NCBI GenBank assembly: GCA_041690595.1
Contig: JAWLHB010000044.1
Location: forward strand, 1 to 64,000
DNA from: Lentisphaeria bacterium
GTDB lineage: Bacteria; Verrucomicrobiota; Lentisphaeria; JABSQK01; JAWLHB01
DNA length: 64,000 nucleotides
Direction: 5' to 3'
In this document: in pieces, positions 27,095 to 37,632 of the stretch
How positions within the stretch are numbered: position 1 is the stretch's first letter
How the letters are laid out: each line of letters starts with the position of its first letter
The notes under the pieces: model-generated
The model's database searches: none
Seen by the model: only the letters and a program-made list of their open reading frames with translations
What the model was told of the DNA's origin: nothing
Translations under genes and position numbers: made by a program

Positions 27095-28180
27095 ATGAGC
27101 ATGGCCAGATACAAGGAAATCTCCGCTGTCCTGCGGCAACGCCTGCTGAGCGGTGCGTTGAAGCCGGGTACCGTGCTGCCGACCACTCTCCAGTTGGCGG
27201 AGCAGTTCGACACCAGCGCCTTTACCGTCCAGATGGCGGTGGCGCCGCTTGTCGAGGAAGGACTCCTGGAGCGACGGCGCAACCTCGGCACGGTCGTGCG
27301 GCACAATCCAGCCCTGTTGAGCTGTGCCGGCATCTATGCCGGTAGCGGACTGCTGGACGAGCGCGAGTTCGCCTTCTATCGCGAGCTTTGCCGCCAACTG
27401 CAGCGGCAATTGAACGAAGCGGACGTACGCAGCGTGCTGTATATTGATACGCGGCCGCGGGAGGAACTGCACGCGCCTTTGCCGGAGCTGGTCCAAGCCA
27501 TCGACAGTCGGCGCGCGCAGGGACTCTTCGTGGCGCTCACCGACAAGGTCAGTTCGGGATGGCTGAGGCGGCTGCCGGTGGCAACCTCGTTCGTCACCAG
27601 CGATACCAGCGTGAACCCCGTCGGCTTCGACGCGACGCAGATGGTGCGCCTGGCATTGCGACGGCTCCACGAGCAGGGGTGCCGGCGCATTGGCGCTATC
27701 AGCTCCATCAGGATGCCCGAAGATATCCACCATCCGTATTTCCGCTTCTACGAGGCATTTGTCTCGACCATCGCCGACTTGGGACTGCAGACTCGCGATA
27801 GCTGGGTGATCTCGCCGACCGAGCCGGTGACCAGTCGAGAGCGCTACGGCTATGCGTCCTGCAAGGCGCTCTGGCAGCAGGCGGAGCGCCCGGATGGGCT
27901 ATTCGTTTACCCGGACGTCGCCGCGCGCGGCGTTACGATGGCGCTGCTGGAGCTTGGCGTGCGCGTACCCGACGTGCTGAAGCTGGTCTGCCACCGCAAC
28001 AGCGGTGTCGACTGGCCCTGCCCCCTGCCCATCAGTTGGGTGGAATCGGATGTCGCTCGCTGTGCCGCCGAAATGGTGGCCCAGGTCCGGCAACTGAAGG
28101 CCGGGGGCGCCATCGCACCGGTGTATCTGCCCTACATTATCCGCAAGGAACACCGCCACGAAGAACAGGAGCACGGATAA
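27095..28180 (+). CDS. GntR-family regulator with LacI-type sensor domain (paralogue of 20266)
   Basis: LKPGTVLPTTLQLA...LVEEGLLERRRNLGTVV; RPDGLFVYPD...VRVPDVL. Confidence 0.9.
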   Translation: MSMARYKEISAVLRQRLLSGALKPGTVLPTTLQLAEQFDTSAFTVQMAVAPLVEEGLLERRRNLGTVVRHNPALLSCAGIYAGSGLLDEREFAFYRELCRQLQRQLNEADVRSVLYIDTRPREELHAPLPELVQAIDSRRAQGLFVALTDKVSSGWLRRLPVATSFVTSDTSVNPVGFDATQMVRLALRRLHEQGCRRIGAISSIRMPEDIHHPYFRFYEAFVSTIADLGLQTRDSWVISPTEPVTSRERYGYASCKALWQQAERPDGLFVYPDVAARGVTMALLELGVRVPDVLKLVCHRNSGVDWPCPLPISWVESDVARCAAEMVAQVRQLKAGGAIAPVYLPYIIRKEHRHEEQEHG

Positions 28181-28263
28181 TGAGTGGCCGGCGCCCCCCA
28201 GTTTCCCGCCCGCGAACAGACGATGGTCATCCCCGAACTCAACCTCGTCTGGGCAGGAAAGGG

Positions 28264-31200
28264 ATGACCATGACAAGCCTCAACCGCCTCGGGCAATCCC
28301 TGCTCGCCTGCCTGGTGCTGGCCGCCATGCCGTGCCGTACAGCCGCACAAGAGAGCCATGAGCTGCGTGGCTACGGCTCCTTCACCATGCACTCGTCGGC
28401 CGAGAATGCACTCACGGTTCACCGGCTGCGCTTTGCCGACGCCGAGCGCGCCCGGCGCTTCGCCTCGAAGCTCTATGGCGATTTCCTGCTGACATCCGGC
28501 AATCGCCTCCAGGTCTGGACAACCCCGCATGGCGAGATCGATGCTATCGCCCTCGCCGACCGAGGCTATCTGCTGCCACTCCTCACGGCCGATGCCGAAA
28601 GCATCACCGTCATGATCGGGGATGACCGACAGGCCCTGATCGCCGCGGCCATGGCGCAGGCGAAGCCGCCTCTCATGCGCCGGGCACAGCTCGACCATCC
28701 CCTCTTCATGGACAAGTGGGATCGGCACTGCCTCGGCATCTGGGGCCGCATCGGCGACCCCGAACAGGTCTATCCCGAGTTCGCCGACGACCGCTTCGAG
28801 GCGCACGACACCTACTACAAATGGGCGGGACGCCTGGGCATCAATCCCCAGTTAAACGTCGGAAAAAGGGCTATCGACCTGGCCCGCTGTGATAACCAGA
28901 CCTCCTGGCAGCGGCAGTATCTCTCCGCTAACGGCGTCAACTACCAGCGCGTCGAATGGCTGATGCACCATCCCGACCTGTACAATCGCAACCCGTTCCT
29001 GACCCACACCATCAACCCCCATGTCGCCACCGAATGGAGCTATTACGGCGAGCGTTCCATGGCTGGCAGCCTCCTGCGCCAGGTGCAGAACGCCAACGCC
29101 CTGGTTACCCTCGTACCGACCCTCGCCGACCCGAACCAGATGGCCATTCTCGATCCCAATGGCGAGATCGGCCCCTTTGCCCACGACCGCGTCGGCCTCT
29201 ACGGCCCGGTCGCCAGGCGCGAGTTCGTGCGCTTCCTCCGAGAGATCCGAAAGTTGAGCCTGGGGCAGGTCAGCAGTCGCTACTACGGCCGCGAAGACAG
29301 CCTCAAGAGCTGGGACGATGTCACCCTCGCCGACTGGCGCGAATTCTACGGCTGGAGCGACGGCTCCACCGATCTTGCCGGCGAATGGCGGTTCATGCGT
29401 GACGACGACCTCCAGGGCTTTCGCCTGGGATGGGCACTGCCAGACTTCAACGACGACGATTGGATCCGCCTCTACTACCCCGGGGATGCCATGCTCCATG
29501 CCCTCCCCGCGAACGACAAACCCATCTGGATGCGCAAGTCCTTCACGGTGAACGATCTCACCCGGCCGACATTCCTCTCCATTGCGCCCCTCACCGCCGC
29601 CGCGGTTCAGCTCTTCCTCAACGGTCGCCCACTCGAGCCCCTCGAACCAAACTTTCACACTGCCCGCACCTACGGGCAGTTCGACATCACCGAACAGGTG
29701 CGTGCGAACCAGACGGTGACCGTCGCTATCAGGCTCACGGAAGCTCCCGCCGGTCCCATCTTCCTCACTCACCGGCCCATCGAGACCTTCCCCACGTCCG
29801 ACCCACGCGTCAATGCCCGGAGATGGGATCATCTGGAATTTGTGGACTGGGTCGTGGCGCAGGCCGTTGGCACAACCCTCGAAGCCATCCGCGCGGTCGA
29901 ACCCGACCGGCCCATCAAGGTGCACGCCTACGGCAGCAGCCCCTGGGGATGGAAAACCGTCGCCGACTACGGTGGCTACTCCCATCATACCGGCAGCGGC
30001 GCCGGCTGGGTCTATACGGTACCCAAGCGCTACGGCGCCGCCAGGGGCCTCCAGCACAGCTCCGAGCCCGGCGGCCCCATGAAGTCCCTGCGCGATTTCA
30101 AGGGGATCTGGGGCGCCCTCGCCGCCATGGGCATGAACGCTCACGACTACTTCATCAGCCCTCAGTCGATCACGGACGATCCCGACAAGCGCGCCTACTT
30201 CGAGCGCAACGTCGATAAGATCAAGGTGATGGGACGCGCCAACCTGGTCGTCTCGCCCGTCGCCGCCATTCGCGGTACGCTCAACACCGAATACCAGGGA
30301 GAGTTTGCCGTCTGGGAAAACTGGCGCTACGGCGTCGACCCCACGCGTGGCGGCGAGCTGGTGCCGCTGCTGGACGAAGTGCGCCTTCGCGAGGGCAACC
30401 TGGAGGCCTTCCGCGCCATTGTGGACGAGGGAACCGCCTGCTGGGACGAGGAGATGACCGCGGCCCTGCGTGCCTATGTCGAGCAGGGGGGCGTCTTGAT
30501 CCTCAACCGGCTCAGCGGCCTTCACACCTTCATCCAGCGCGATGCCGGCCCCGGCGCCGCGCTGGCCGGCGTGCAGATCGCCGCTCCCCCCGCCACGGGC
30601 GGCATCATTGCCTTCGCCAAGGCCGACGACTGGATTCCCGGCATACAGGGCGACATGAAGGTATGGGAGCGCAAGGGGCTGTCCGGCGCCAGCCTCCAAC
30701 CAATGCCGGGCACCGAGATCATTGGACGCTGGCCCGATGGCTCGGCAGCATTCACCCGCCGCGCCCTCGGCAGCGGCATGGTCTACTTCGCCAGCACCTC
30801 CGCTTACCCGGCCGAGATCGACAGTGCCGTTGCCGCCGCATTCGGCCCGCGCACCTTCGCCACCGCCGACGGTGGCGCCGATCTCGTGCGTACCGCGCGC
30901 GCCAACAACGGCAGCGAAGAGCTGCTCATGCTGCGCGGACTGGGCAAACCCCTCACGGTTACCTGGACCTGCGAGCAGGCGCCAACCGCGGGCATCTACG
31001 ATGCCGTCACCGGCGAGCCCATCCACGCCAGCATCGAGGGCAACACCGCCACCTTTTCCATCGACATCCCCGACTGGGACTTCCGCTGGCTCGCCGCCCG
31101 CCGACCCGACCCCGCCCGCGCCTTCTCCCATTGGCTGGAACGCCAGGCTCAAATCTGGGCCGGCGTCACTCACGGCGCAGACGTTCCCATCGTCCCCCTC

Positions 31201-33402
31201 TTTCGCAACCTCGGCCTCAATCAGGGCTGGAAGTTGGTCCAGACCGATTCCATCGAAGACGCCCTCGCCTTGCTGCCGCTCGACGACGACTCCGCCGGCA
31301 TGGCCCCCACGCAACTGCTCTTCTGGAACGCTCCCGGCATGACCACGCGCCACGACGATGGCGTCATCGGGCTCTATCGCCGCACCTTCGACCTGCCGGA
31401 GGCCTGGCGCAGGGGCAACCGCTTCGACCTCGCCGTCAGCGGCCGTTTCCACGACTCGCGCCTGCATGGCTTCATCGGCCCCGGCACGATTTACCTCAAC
31501 GGCAAGGAGATCTGGGCAGGCGAGAGACTGGAATCTGCCTGGTTGGACGTGACCAACCTGCTCAAGCCCCTTGGCAATCGTCTGGAGATCGTCCACCCAA
31601 GCCCCGGCATTGTGCCCGTGGTACGCCTGGTGCGCTCGGCGCTGCCGGAGTCCGTCATCAACCTGGCTGGTGAATGGCAGGCGGTGTCGAGACTGCATGC
31701 CCAGGCGCCCGTGCACCTGCCGGGCCGCATTGCCGCGGGCTTCGTCTACCGCGACATCGTCGTGCCGCCGTCGGCGGCAGACCGTGAGGTCTGGCTGCGT
31801 GTCGAGGGGAACTGCGCCAGTGCCGTGATCAACGGTCGCATGCGCTATCGCGCCCTGAACCTGCCGAACGACATCGGCCGACCGCCTTTCTACGAGATCG
31901 ATATCACGCCCGATATCCGCTTTGGCCAGCCCAACCGTATCCTCCTTGGCAATGGCTGGCGCCCGGGCGAGATTGACTATGCCCGCATCGAGCTGGCACT
32001 CTATCGGCCGGGACAATGGGCGTCCGATGGCCAGGGCACGCGCCAAGCGCTCACCGAAAAGGAACTGGCGGCCGTAGCGCGCGACGCAGCGCTCATCCAG
32101 CAGTACCCCATGGTTCACGCACCCATGGAAAAAGCCGCGCCTGCCGCGCTGCCGACCGACGCGCTGCCGCCGGAACTGCCACCCGCAATCGTCGATCTGC
32201 GCCTTGACGCGGAGCCGGACCACGTCATCGACCGAGGTCCGCACCAGCTCGCCGTCACCCTCAAAGGCACGGTCGAGCCGTTCAGCGAGGCGGGGGGCAG
32301 GATTCGCGGCGTCTATCTGCGGGGCGAAAGCGCCGCGCCCGCCACGATCGAGTTGCCGCCGGCCGTCTTTCGTCGGCACCTGGAAGGCAAGGCAAGCACC
32401 ATCCGCGTCTGGGTCAAGCCCATGGCCATCGACCGTGCCGGTGGCTCCCTCTTCAACTGGAGTTCCTACCTGTTCGATTGGAAACTCGCCGACCACAGCA
32501 CCTCCATACTGATGCCGTCCGCTCCACAGAAGAAACTCACGGTCAATGCGCTGATCCGCCAACGCGAGTGGCAATCGCTCACCCTCGTCCTCGACGGGCC
32601 TGCCGCGACGCTCTACTGGAACGGCGTGCCCGTCGGCATGCAGATCTGGGAGCAACCGCCGCGGGGAACCGACGTGCCGCTGACCATCGGTTCGATCGGC
32701 GCCTCTCGCGAGTTTCTCAACGCCAAGCTTGCCGCCTTCACTATTTACGAAGGAGCGCTCGCCGAAAACGCCGTCGCGCTGCTCTATGCCGCCGAGCGGT
32801 CCCGCTACCGGGTCGAGCCGGCCGATTATCCCGAAGACGACCTCTTTCGCCTCGACTTGTCCGCCGGCGTCGGCGCGGATGCAGCCGAGATCTCCGGCCG
32901 CGTCGAGCAAGGTGAAGGCGTGACCCTTGGCCACGAGCAGAATCGTCCCTTCCTCTCCTTGGACGGTCGGCGCTCCTACCTGGTGCTGGCGCACCACCCG
33001 CGGGCCGCCTTGCTGCATCGTCCCTTCACCCTCGTACTCGATTTTCGCCCCGCACCAGGCGCCTCCGGCACGATCTTCCGCCGGCATCACGCGCTCGCCC
33101 TCCAATTGCTCCAGGACGGTACCCTGCGGTTCGACGCCAACATCGGCCGGCGCAACTGGATCGACTTCCCCAAGGCGGTGACCTTTGGCGAGTGGAATCG
33201 CCTGCGCTTCAGCTACGACGGCCGGACCGCCAGACTGGAGGTCGACGACGGCCAGCCGGTCGAGCAAGACTATCCCGGCGCCCTCGCCACCGGCAGCAGC
33301 TACCCACTGGTCTTCTTCGCGGACAATACCTACCCCGGATTTCCAGCCGCCTTCAACATCGCCTGCGATGTCCGCGAATTGCGCCTTATGCTCCAGCACT
33401 GA
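28264..33402 (+). CDS. Giant secreted GH42-like glycoside hydrolase with jelly-roll inserts and two LamG-like domains
   Basis: Start MTMTSLNR after AGGAAAGGG; signal peptide; LDPNGE, HSSEPGG; LRAYVEQGG trimerisation-like domain; DLAGEW GH2-N-like modules; WQSLTLV...LYWNG LamG. Confidence 0.7.
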   Translation: MTMTSLNRLGQSLLACLVLAAMPCRTAAQESHELRGYGSFTMHSSAENALTVHRLRFADAERARRFASKLYGDFLLTSGNRLQVWTTPHGEIDAIALADRGYLLPLLTADAESITVMIGDDRQALIAAAMAQAKPPLMRRAQLDHPLFMDKWDRHCLGIWGRIGDPEQVYPEFADDRFEAHDTYYKWAGRLGINPQLNVGKRAIDLARCDNQTSWQRQYLSANGVNYQRVEWLMHHPDLYNRNPFLTHTINPHVATEWSYYGERSMAGSLLRQVQNANALVTLVPTLADPNQMAILDPNGEIGPFAHDRVGLYGPVARREFVRFLREIRKLSLGQVSSRYYGREDSLKSWDDVTLADWREFYGWSDGSTDLAGEWRFMRDDDLQGFRLGWALPDFNDDDWIRLYYPGDAMLHALPANDKPIWMRKSFTVNDLTRPTFLSIAPLTAAAVQLFLNGRPLEPLEPNFHTARTYGQFDITEQVRANQTVTVAIRLTEAPAGPIFLTHRPIETFPTSDPRVNARRWDHLEFVDWVVAQAVGTTLEAIRAVEPDRPIKVHAYGSSPWGWKTVADYGGYSHHTGSGAGWVYTVPKRYGAARGLQHSSEPGGPMKSLRDFKGIWGALAAMGMNAHDYFISPQSITDDPDKRAYFERNVDKIKVMGRANLVVSPVAAIRGTLNTEYQGEFAVWENWRYGVDPTRGGELVPLLDEVRLREGNLEAFRAIVDEGTACWDEEMTAALRAYVEQGGVLILNRLSGLHTFIQRDAGPGAALAGVQIAAPPATGGIIAFAKADDWIPGIQGDMKVWERKGLSGASLQPMPGTEIIGRWPDGSAAFTRRALGSGMVYFASTSAYPAEIDSAVAAAFGPRTFATADGGADLVRTARANNGSEELLMLRGLGKPLTVTWTCEQAPTAGIYDAVTGEPIHASIEGNTATFSIDIPDWDFRWLAARRPDPARAFSHWLERQAQIWAGVTHGADVPIVPLFRNLGLNQGWKLVQTDSIEDALALLPLDDDSAGMAPTQLLFWNAPGMTTRHDDGVIGLYRRTFDLPEAWRRGNRFDLAVSGRFHDSRLHGFIGPGTIYLNGKEIWAGERLESAWLDVTNLLKPLGNRLEIVHPSPGIVPVVRLVRSALPESVINLAGEWQAVSRLHAQAPVHLPGRIAAGFVYRDIVVPPSAADREVWLRVEGNCASAVINGRMRYRALNLPNDIGRPPFYEIDITPDIRFGQPNRILLGNGWRPGEIDYARIELALYRPGQWASDGQGTRQALTEKELAAVARDAALIQQYPMVHAPMEKAAPAALPTDALPPELPPAIVDLRLDAEPDHVIDRGPHQLAVTLKGTVEPFSEAGGRIRGVYLRGESAAPATIELPPAVFRRHLEGKASTIRVWVKPMAIDRAGGSLFNWSSYLFDWKLADHSTSILMPSAPQKKLTVNALIRQREWQSLTLVLDGPAATLYWNGVPVGMQIWEQPPRGTDVPLTIGSIGASREFLNAKLAAFTIYEGALAENAVALLYAAERSRYRVEPADYPEDDLFRLDLSAGVGADAAEISGRVEQGEGVTLGHEQNRPFLSLDGRRSYLVLAHHPRAALLHRPFTLVLDFRPAPGASGTIFRRHHALALQLLQDGTLRFDANIGRRNWIDFPKAVTFGEWNRLRFSYDGRTARLEVDDGQPVEQDYPGALATGSSYPLVFFADNTYPGFPAAFNIACDVRELRLMLQH

Positions 33403-33512
33403 CAACGTGCCCGGCGCCGAGAAGCTCAACCTCCTGTTGGCTGCTCGGATCAAGCCAAAGTGCCGGCAAGCAAGAGCACCATCACGACAACCAATGAAGA
33501 GGGAGTAAAAAC

Positions 33513-36500
33513 ATGTTGAGCGTTACGTGGAAAACGGGAATCAGCCTCATGCTGCTAGCCATGCTGGGGTGCGGACAGGCAGAGTTGCCGCAATCCCTGA
33601 CAACGAAGGAGGTCGGGCCTTACGCGATGCGCGGCTTTGGCACGGTCTCGGCCACGGCGCAAACGCGGAAGGTCGAGGGCGGCAGGGTCTCGCTGGTGAC
33701 GTTCCAGGCCGAGGACGCGGCGAAGGCGCGTATTGTCGCCTCGAAATACATCGCCGACATCGAGGGTTACAGCGTCGGGCGGGAGTTGGCGGGAGATTTC
33801 CCATGGGCGGGCTGGACGTACCAGATCGCGGACGCCGGCGTCTGGGTGGTCGGGATCGAGGGGGCGGCGGTGCACGTGCTGTCGGCGCCGGACGAGGCGG
33901 TGCTGCGCCAGGCGGCGGCGGCGTTTGGCGCCGGACGCTGGGAACGGCCGGCATCCGCGGCGCATCCGCGCTATCTGGACAACTTCGACAACCATGCCCT
34001 GGCCTTCTGGTACAACAACCCGTGCCCGAGCGGGGAAGCCGTCGACTGGGCCTCACGCCAGGGCGCCATCATGAATATTTTCCAGGCGACGGCCGCCGAC
34101 AGTTACGCCCCGGGCGTTTACAACCTGGCGGGCATGGAACAACTCGCCGCGATCGGAAGCCGGATTGACCGGCCGCACCGGGTGATGCTGTACGCGATGC
34201 ACGGGCCGGCATGGTGGATGCGCGGCGTGGACATGCGTAAGCACTTCGAGTCCGCCTCCCCCGGCACCGCTTGGGGGAGCGACCTGTTTCGTGCCGATCT
34301 TTATCAGGCCGCCCAAAGCGCCTCGGTCGAGGCCAACTCCGTTATGGCCGAGGTGATCTTCGCGCAGATGAACACGCTGGCCGGGGAGATGGCGATGGCC
34401 TGGAAGGTGCCGCCCGGCGAGTGGAACATCAAGCCCTGGGATCCGCCAAACGCCGTGGAAGGCTACCGCGCCTTTCTGCGGGACGTGAACGGCTACAGCC
34501 TCGAGGAAGCCAACCGCCTGCACGGGGCGGCGGCGGCAAGCTGGGACGAGTTCCCGTACCCGGAGTTGGCCTACTTCTACGGCCGTCGCGGAACCTTCAT
34601 GGACGTGGACGGCGACTGGCGCTGGCGGCAGGCGACCCTCGAGGAGGGATTGGCGGCCGCCGCCCATGACCCGGCGACCGACGACGGCGACTGGCTCCGA
34701 GCCTCCCACGACAGCCTGCGCCTGCAGGGAATTCATATGCATACGCGGGTTTCGCCGCTCTGGGGACGGACGCGGATTGACGTCCCGATGGAACTGGCTG
34801 GTTCCGGCGAGCCCCTATATCTTTACGTGACACCGGAAAACGCCAGAGGTGGCCGGGTGACCCGGCTGTGGGTCAACGGCGGGGAGGCGCCCTGTGTGGA
34901 ACTCTTCCCGGACGCGCCCCAAGACAACTGTTCCTATGCGGATGTCACCGGGGTGCTCCGTCCGGGCGAAAATCATGTGACCTATTTCTCCGGTGGTGGG
35001 CCGATCCGCGGGCGGGTGTGGCTGACGACGACCCCGCCGGACATCTATCCGTATGGGGAGCGCACCGTGACCCGGCGCTACCTGGACTGGAAGGCGTATC
35101 TCACCAGCGCCAAGCTCGATACCGTCCGTTTCTGGCTCGACGCGCTGCGTAGCGTGGACCGGGAACGTCCGATCAAGCTCATGACCGGAATGTTTTTCCA
35201 GTCCGAGACGCAGGATTTGTTCGAGCGCTATGGGGGCTACCTGCAGCTGACTGGGGAGGGGTCCTGGTACCGTCCCATGCACTACAAGGGATACTCGAGG
35301 CTGCGCGGGTTGCCCGCCAGCAGCGAGGGGGGCGGTCCGGCCGGAAATGTAAATCAATTGCAGTATAAATTCGGCATGATTTTCTGGGAAGGCCAGGACG
35401 CGCACGACTACGTCTTCGACCTGCAGCGGGATATCTACTCGAAGGGGGAATGGAAGCGGGAATGGTTCGAGGAGCACGCGCCCCTGCTCGCCACCGTCGG
35501 CAAGACCGATTTCCCCCACGACGACAAGATCGGTTTGCTGCGCGACACCACCCAGTCCGAGCTGTACGGCGACAGCGGCATCTGGACGTGGGACTTGGCG
35601 CGAGGCGCCCTGCCGGCGCTTGGCATCTGCCCCGTGCTGGTAGACGGCCCGGACATGGACAAGGGCTACGCGGCGAAGATACCGCTGGTGTTCGACACCT
35701 CCACCGCAGTCATGAGCGAGCGCCGGGTGGAGGCGATCAAGGCCTATGTCGAGGCCGGCGGCACCTTTGTGGCCGGTTTCGATACCGGGCGGGACAGCGA
35801 ATACGAGAAACAGGCCTGGCCGCTGGCGAAGGCGCTGGGGCTTGAGATCGTCGAGAAGCAGGTCGCCCACGGCCGCGAAGTCAAGCAGAGTCCGGTGCTG
35901 CCGCTGACCTTCCTGGAGGACCAGGATCTCATGCCCTCGCTCAGGGGAAAAACCATCGAGGGGATGGGCATCTCGATCGACCACACGGAAAAGACCCACA
36001 CCGGGGCGGTGGGCATATCCGCGCCGGATGGGGGCGAGGTCAAACCGATAGCCCTGTGGGACGACGACGGCACCATGGCGATCTGCGAAATCCGGCTGGG
36101 GAAGGGTCGCATCGTCTGGATCGGCAGTCCGTTCTACTTCCGCGGCAAGGACACGGCCGGCGCCTGGCTCAACGACGCGGCCCGGCAGCGCTTGCTGGCC
36201 GAACTGCTCGGGGGGCTGGGGATTGAACTGGAGGTAGAGCGAGCCGACGAGCGACTCTGGCTGAGCCGCCGCGAAAGCAAGAATGGGCTCTACGATGTTT
36301 ATTTCGCGGCGCCCATGGCAACCCCGCGCGATGCCGACGCCACCGAAGTGGTCAACGCCTCCTTCGCGGTCTTGGCGCCGCCGGCGGCGGGCTCGGCCGC
36401 TTTTGAAATGAGCGCGGCGGAACGCCCGGCGGTGGCGACGGCGCGCCGGGACGACGGCGCCATGGTTTTCGAGGATTTCGATTTTCACCCATTCCTCGTG

Positions 36501-37502
36501 CGCCAGTTTGCCATGGTGCGCGACGATGTCGGCGTCGAGGGGCCGCTGCATTGGTTGAGGACGCAATCGCGAATCTGGCGGGCGCTGGAGCTGCCGGACA
36601 ACATCGGCCTCCTGCGCGGAGAGATCGAGACCCGGGCGCGGGACGTGGCCCGGCGCCTCGGGCAGGGCGGCCTCTCGCTCACCGAAGGCTGGAAAGTCCG
36701 CAAAATCCGGGACGCGGCGCCCGCGGACGCGTGGACCGCGCCGGCATACGACAGCTCGGACTGGGAAGACGGGGCGCTCGGCTTATGGAATGCCAGGGGC
36801 TGGAACGACGCCACCCGCGTCCAATACCGTCGCCGGGCGGAGATTCCCGAGTCCTGGTTGGCGAAGGGTCGGCGGGTCTTCCTCTGCTTCCGCGACCTCT
36901 CACGGGGGATGGCCAAGACAGGCATGCGTGATCGCGGGCAACTCTGGCTGAACGGCGAGGAACTGGCAGCCCATATCGAGGATCCCATGATGGTGGATAT
37001 CACGGATCGCTTCCAGGGCGGGTCCGTGGACTTGGCGCTGGAGGTCGAGGGGGAAATCTGGGGCGGCCCCGGCGGCAGCCTCTACCTGTGGTCGTTGCCT
37101 GTCCCAGCGGCCACGCTGGAGCTTGACGGAGAGTGGCGGGTGGCCACCGACTTTGACCGCGAGGAGGGCGCTGTCCAACTACCGGGAGCCGTCGAAAAGC
37201 GGCACAAAGCCTTCGGCATCCGCAAGCGTTTCGAGCTGCCGGAGGAATGGGTCGGCCGCACCGTCCATCTGGTCGTCGAGGGCGAGCCCGGCGTGGGGCA
37301 GGAGGGCGGTTTCATCGTCAACGAGCGCGGGTACTTCCGCGAATCGCCGGCGGTGATGGCGCCTTACGGCGTGCGCGTCGACCACTGGTTGCAGCCCGGA
37401 ACCAACGAAATCGACATTTACGCCCAGCGGCATATGTCTCTGCGCGACAAGGGCGTCATCACCGGCCCGATCTCGTCGGTGCGGCTGGAGCTGTATGAAT
37501 AA
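33513..37502 (+). CDS. Secreted (possible lipoprotein) GH42-like glycoside hydrolase, paralogue 2
   Basis: LLAMLGC lipobox-like; PPGEWN; ASSEGGG; IKAYVEAGG; shares blocks with 28264 and 39375. Confidence 0.7.
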   Translation: MLSVTWKTGISLMLLAMLGCGQAELPQSLTTKEVGPYAMRGFGTVSATAQTRKVEGGRVSLVTFQAEDAAKARIVASKYIADIEGYSVGRELAGDFPWAGWTYQIADAGVWVVGIEGAAVHVLSAPDEAVLRQAAAAFGAGRWERPASAAHPRYLDNFDNHALAFWYNNPCPSGEAVDWASRQGAIMNIFQATAADSYAPGVYNLAGMEQLAAIGSRIDRPHRVMLYAMHGPAWWMRGVDMRKHFESASPGTAWGSDLFRADLYQAAQSASVEANSVMAEVIFAQMNTLAGEMAMAWKVPPGEWNIKPWDPPNAVEGYRAFLRDVNGYSLEEANRLHGAAAASWDEFPYPELAYFYGRRGTFMDVDGDWRWRQATLEEGLAAAAHDPATDDGDWLRASHDSLRLQGIHMHTRVSPLWGRTRIDVPMELAGSGEPLYLYVTPENARGGRVTRLWVNGGEAPCVELFPDAPQDNCSYADVTGVLRPGENHVTYFSGGGPIRGRVWLTTTPPDIYPYGERTVTRRYLDWKAYLTSAKLDTVRFWLDALRSVDRERPIKLMTGMFFQSETQDLFERYGGYLQLTGEGSWYRPMHYKGYSRLRGLPASSEGGGPAGNVNQLQYKFGMIFWEGQDAHDYVFDLQRDIYSKGEWKREWFEEHAPLLATVGKTDFPHDDKIGLLRDTTQSELYGDSGIWTWDLARGALPALGICPVLVDGPDMDKGYAAKIPLVFDTSTAVMSERRVEAIKAYVEAGGTFVAGFDTGRDSEYEKQAWPLAKALGLEIVEKQVAHGREVKQSPVLPLTFLEDQDLMPSLRGKTIEGMGISIDHTEKTHTGAVGISAPDGGEVKPIALWDDDGTMAICEIRLGKGRIVWIGSPFYFRGKDTAGAWLNDAARQRLLAELLGGLGIELEVERADERLWLSRRESKNGLYDVYFAAPMATPRDADATEVVNASFAVLAPPAAGSAAFEMSAAERPAVATARRDDGAMVFEDFDFHPFLVRQFAMVRDDVGVEGPLHWLRTQSRIWRALELPDNIGLLRGEIETRARDVARRLGQGGLSLTEGWKVRKIRDAAPADAWTAPAYDSSDWEDGALGLWNARGWNDATRVQYRRRAEIPESWLAKGRRVFLCFRDLSRGMAKTGMRDRGQLWLNGEELAAHIEDPMMVDITDRFQGGSVDLALEVEGEIWGGPGGSLYLWSLPVPAATLELDGEWRVATDFDREEGAVQLPGAVEKRHKAFGIRKRFELPEEWVGRTVHLVVEGEPGVGQEGGFIVNERGYFRESPAVMAPYGVRVDHWLQPGTNEIDIYAQRHMSLRDKGVITGPISSVRLELYE

Positions 37503-37632
37503 CCCTGACGCGAAAAACGAACTGATAAGCATGGAGCCAAGGATGAAGGTAAGGCAGAAAGATGGCGGAGGAACCACGAAAGCCGCCTGGCGCGCCGCGG
37601 TGACACCGGCGCTGCTGGCGGTGGTGCGGGGC

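Noticed and set aside
28852..33453. Very long antisense ORFs (also 43505-47374, 47753-51283, 23037-25649, 12745-15093, 17487-19793, 62997-63992)
   Set aside because: Shadow frames of real GC-rich genes on the other strand; no motifs and atypical composition.
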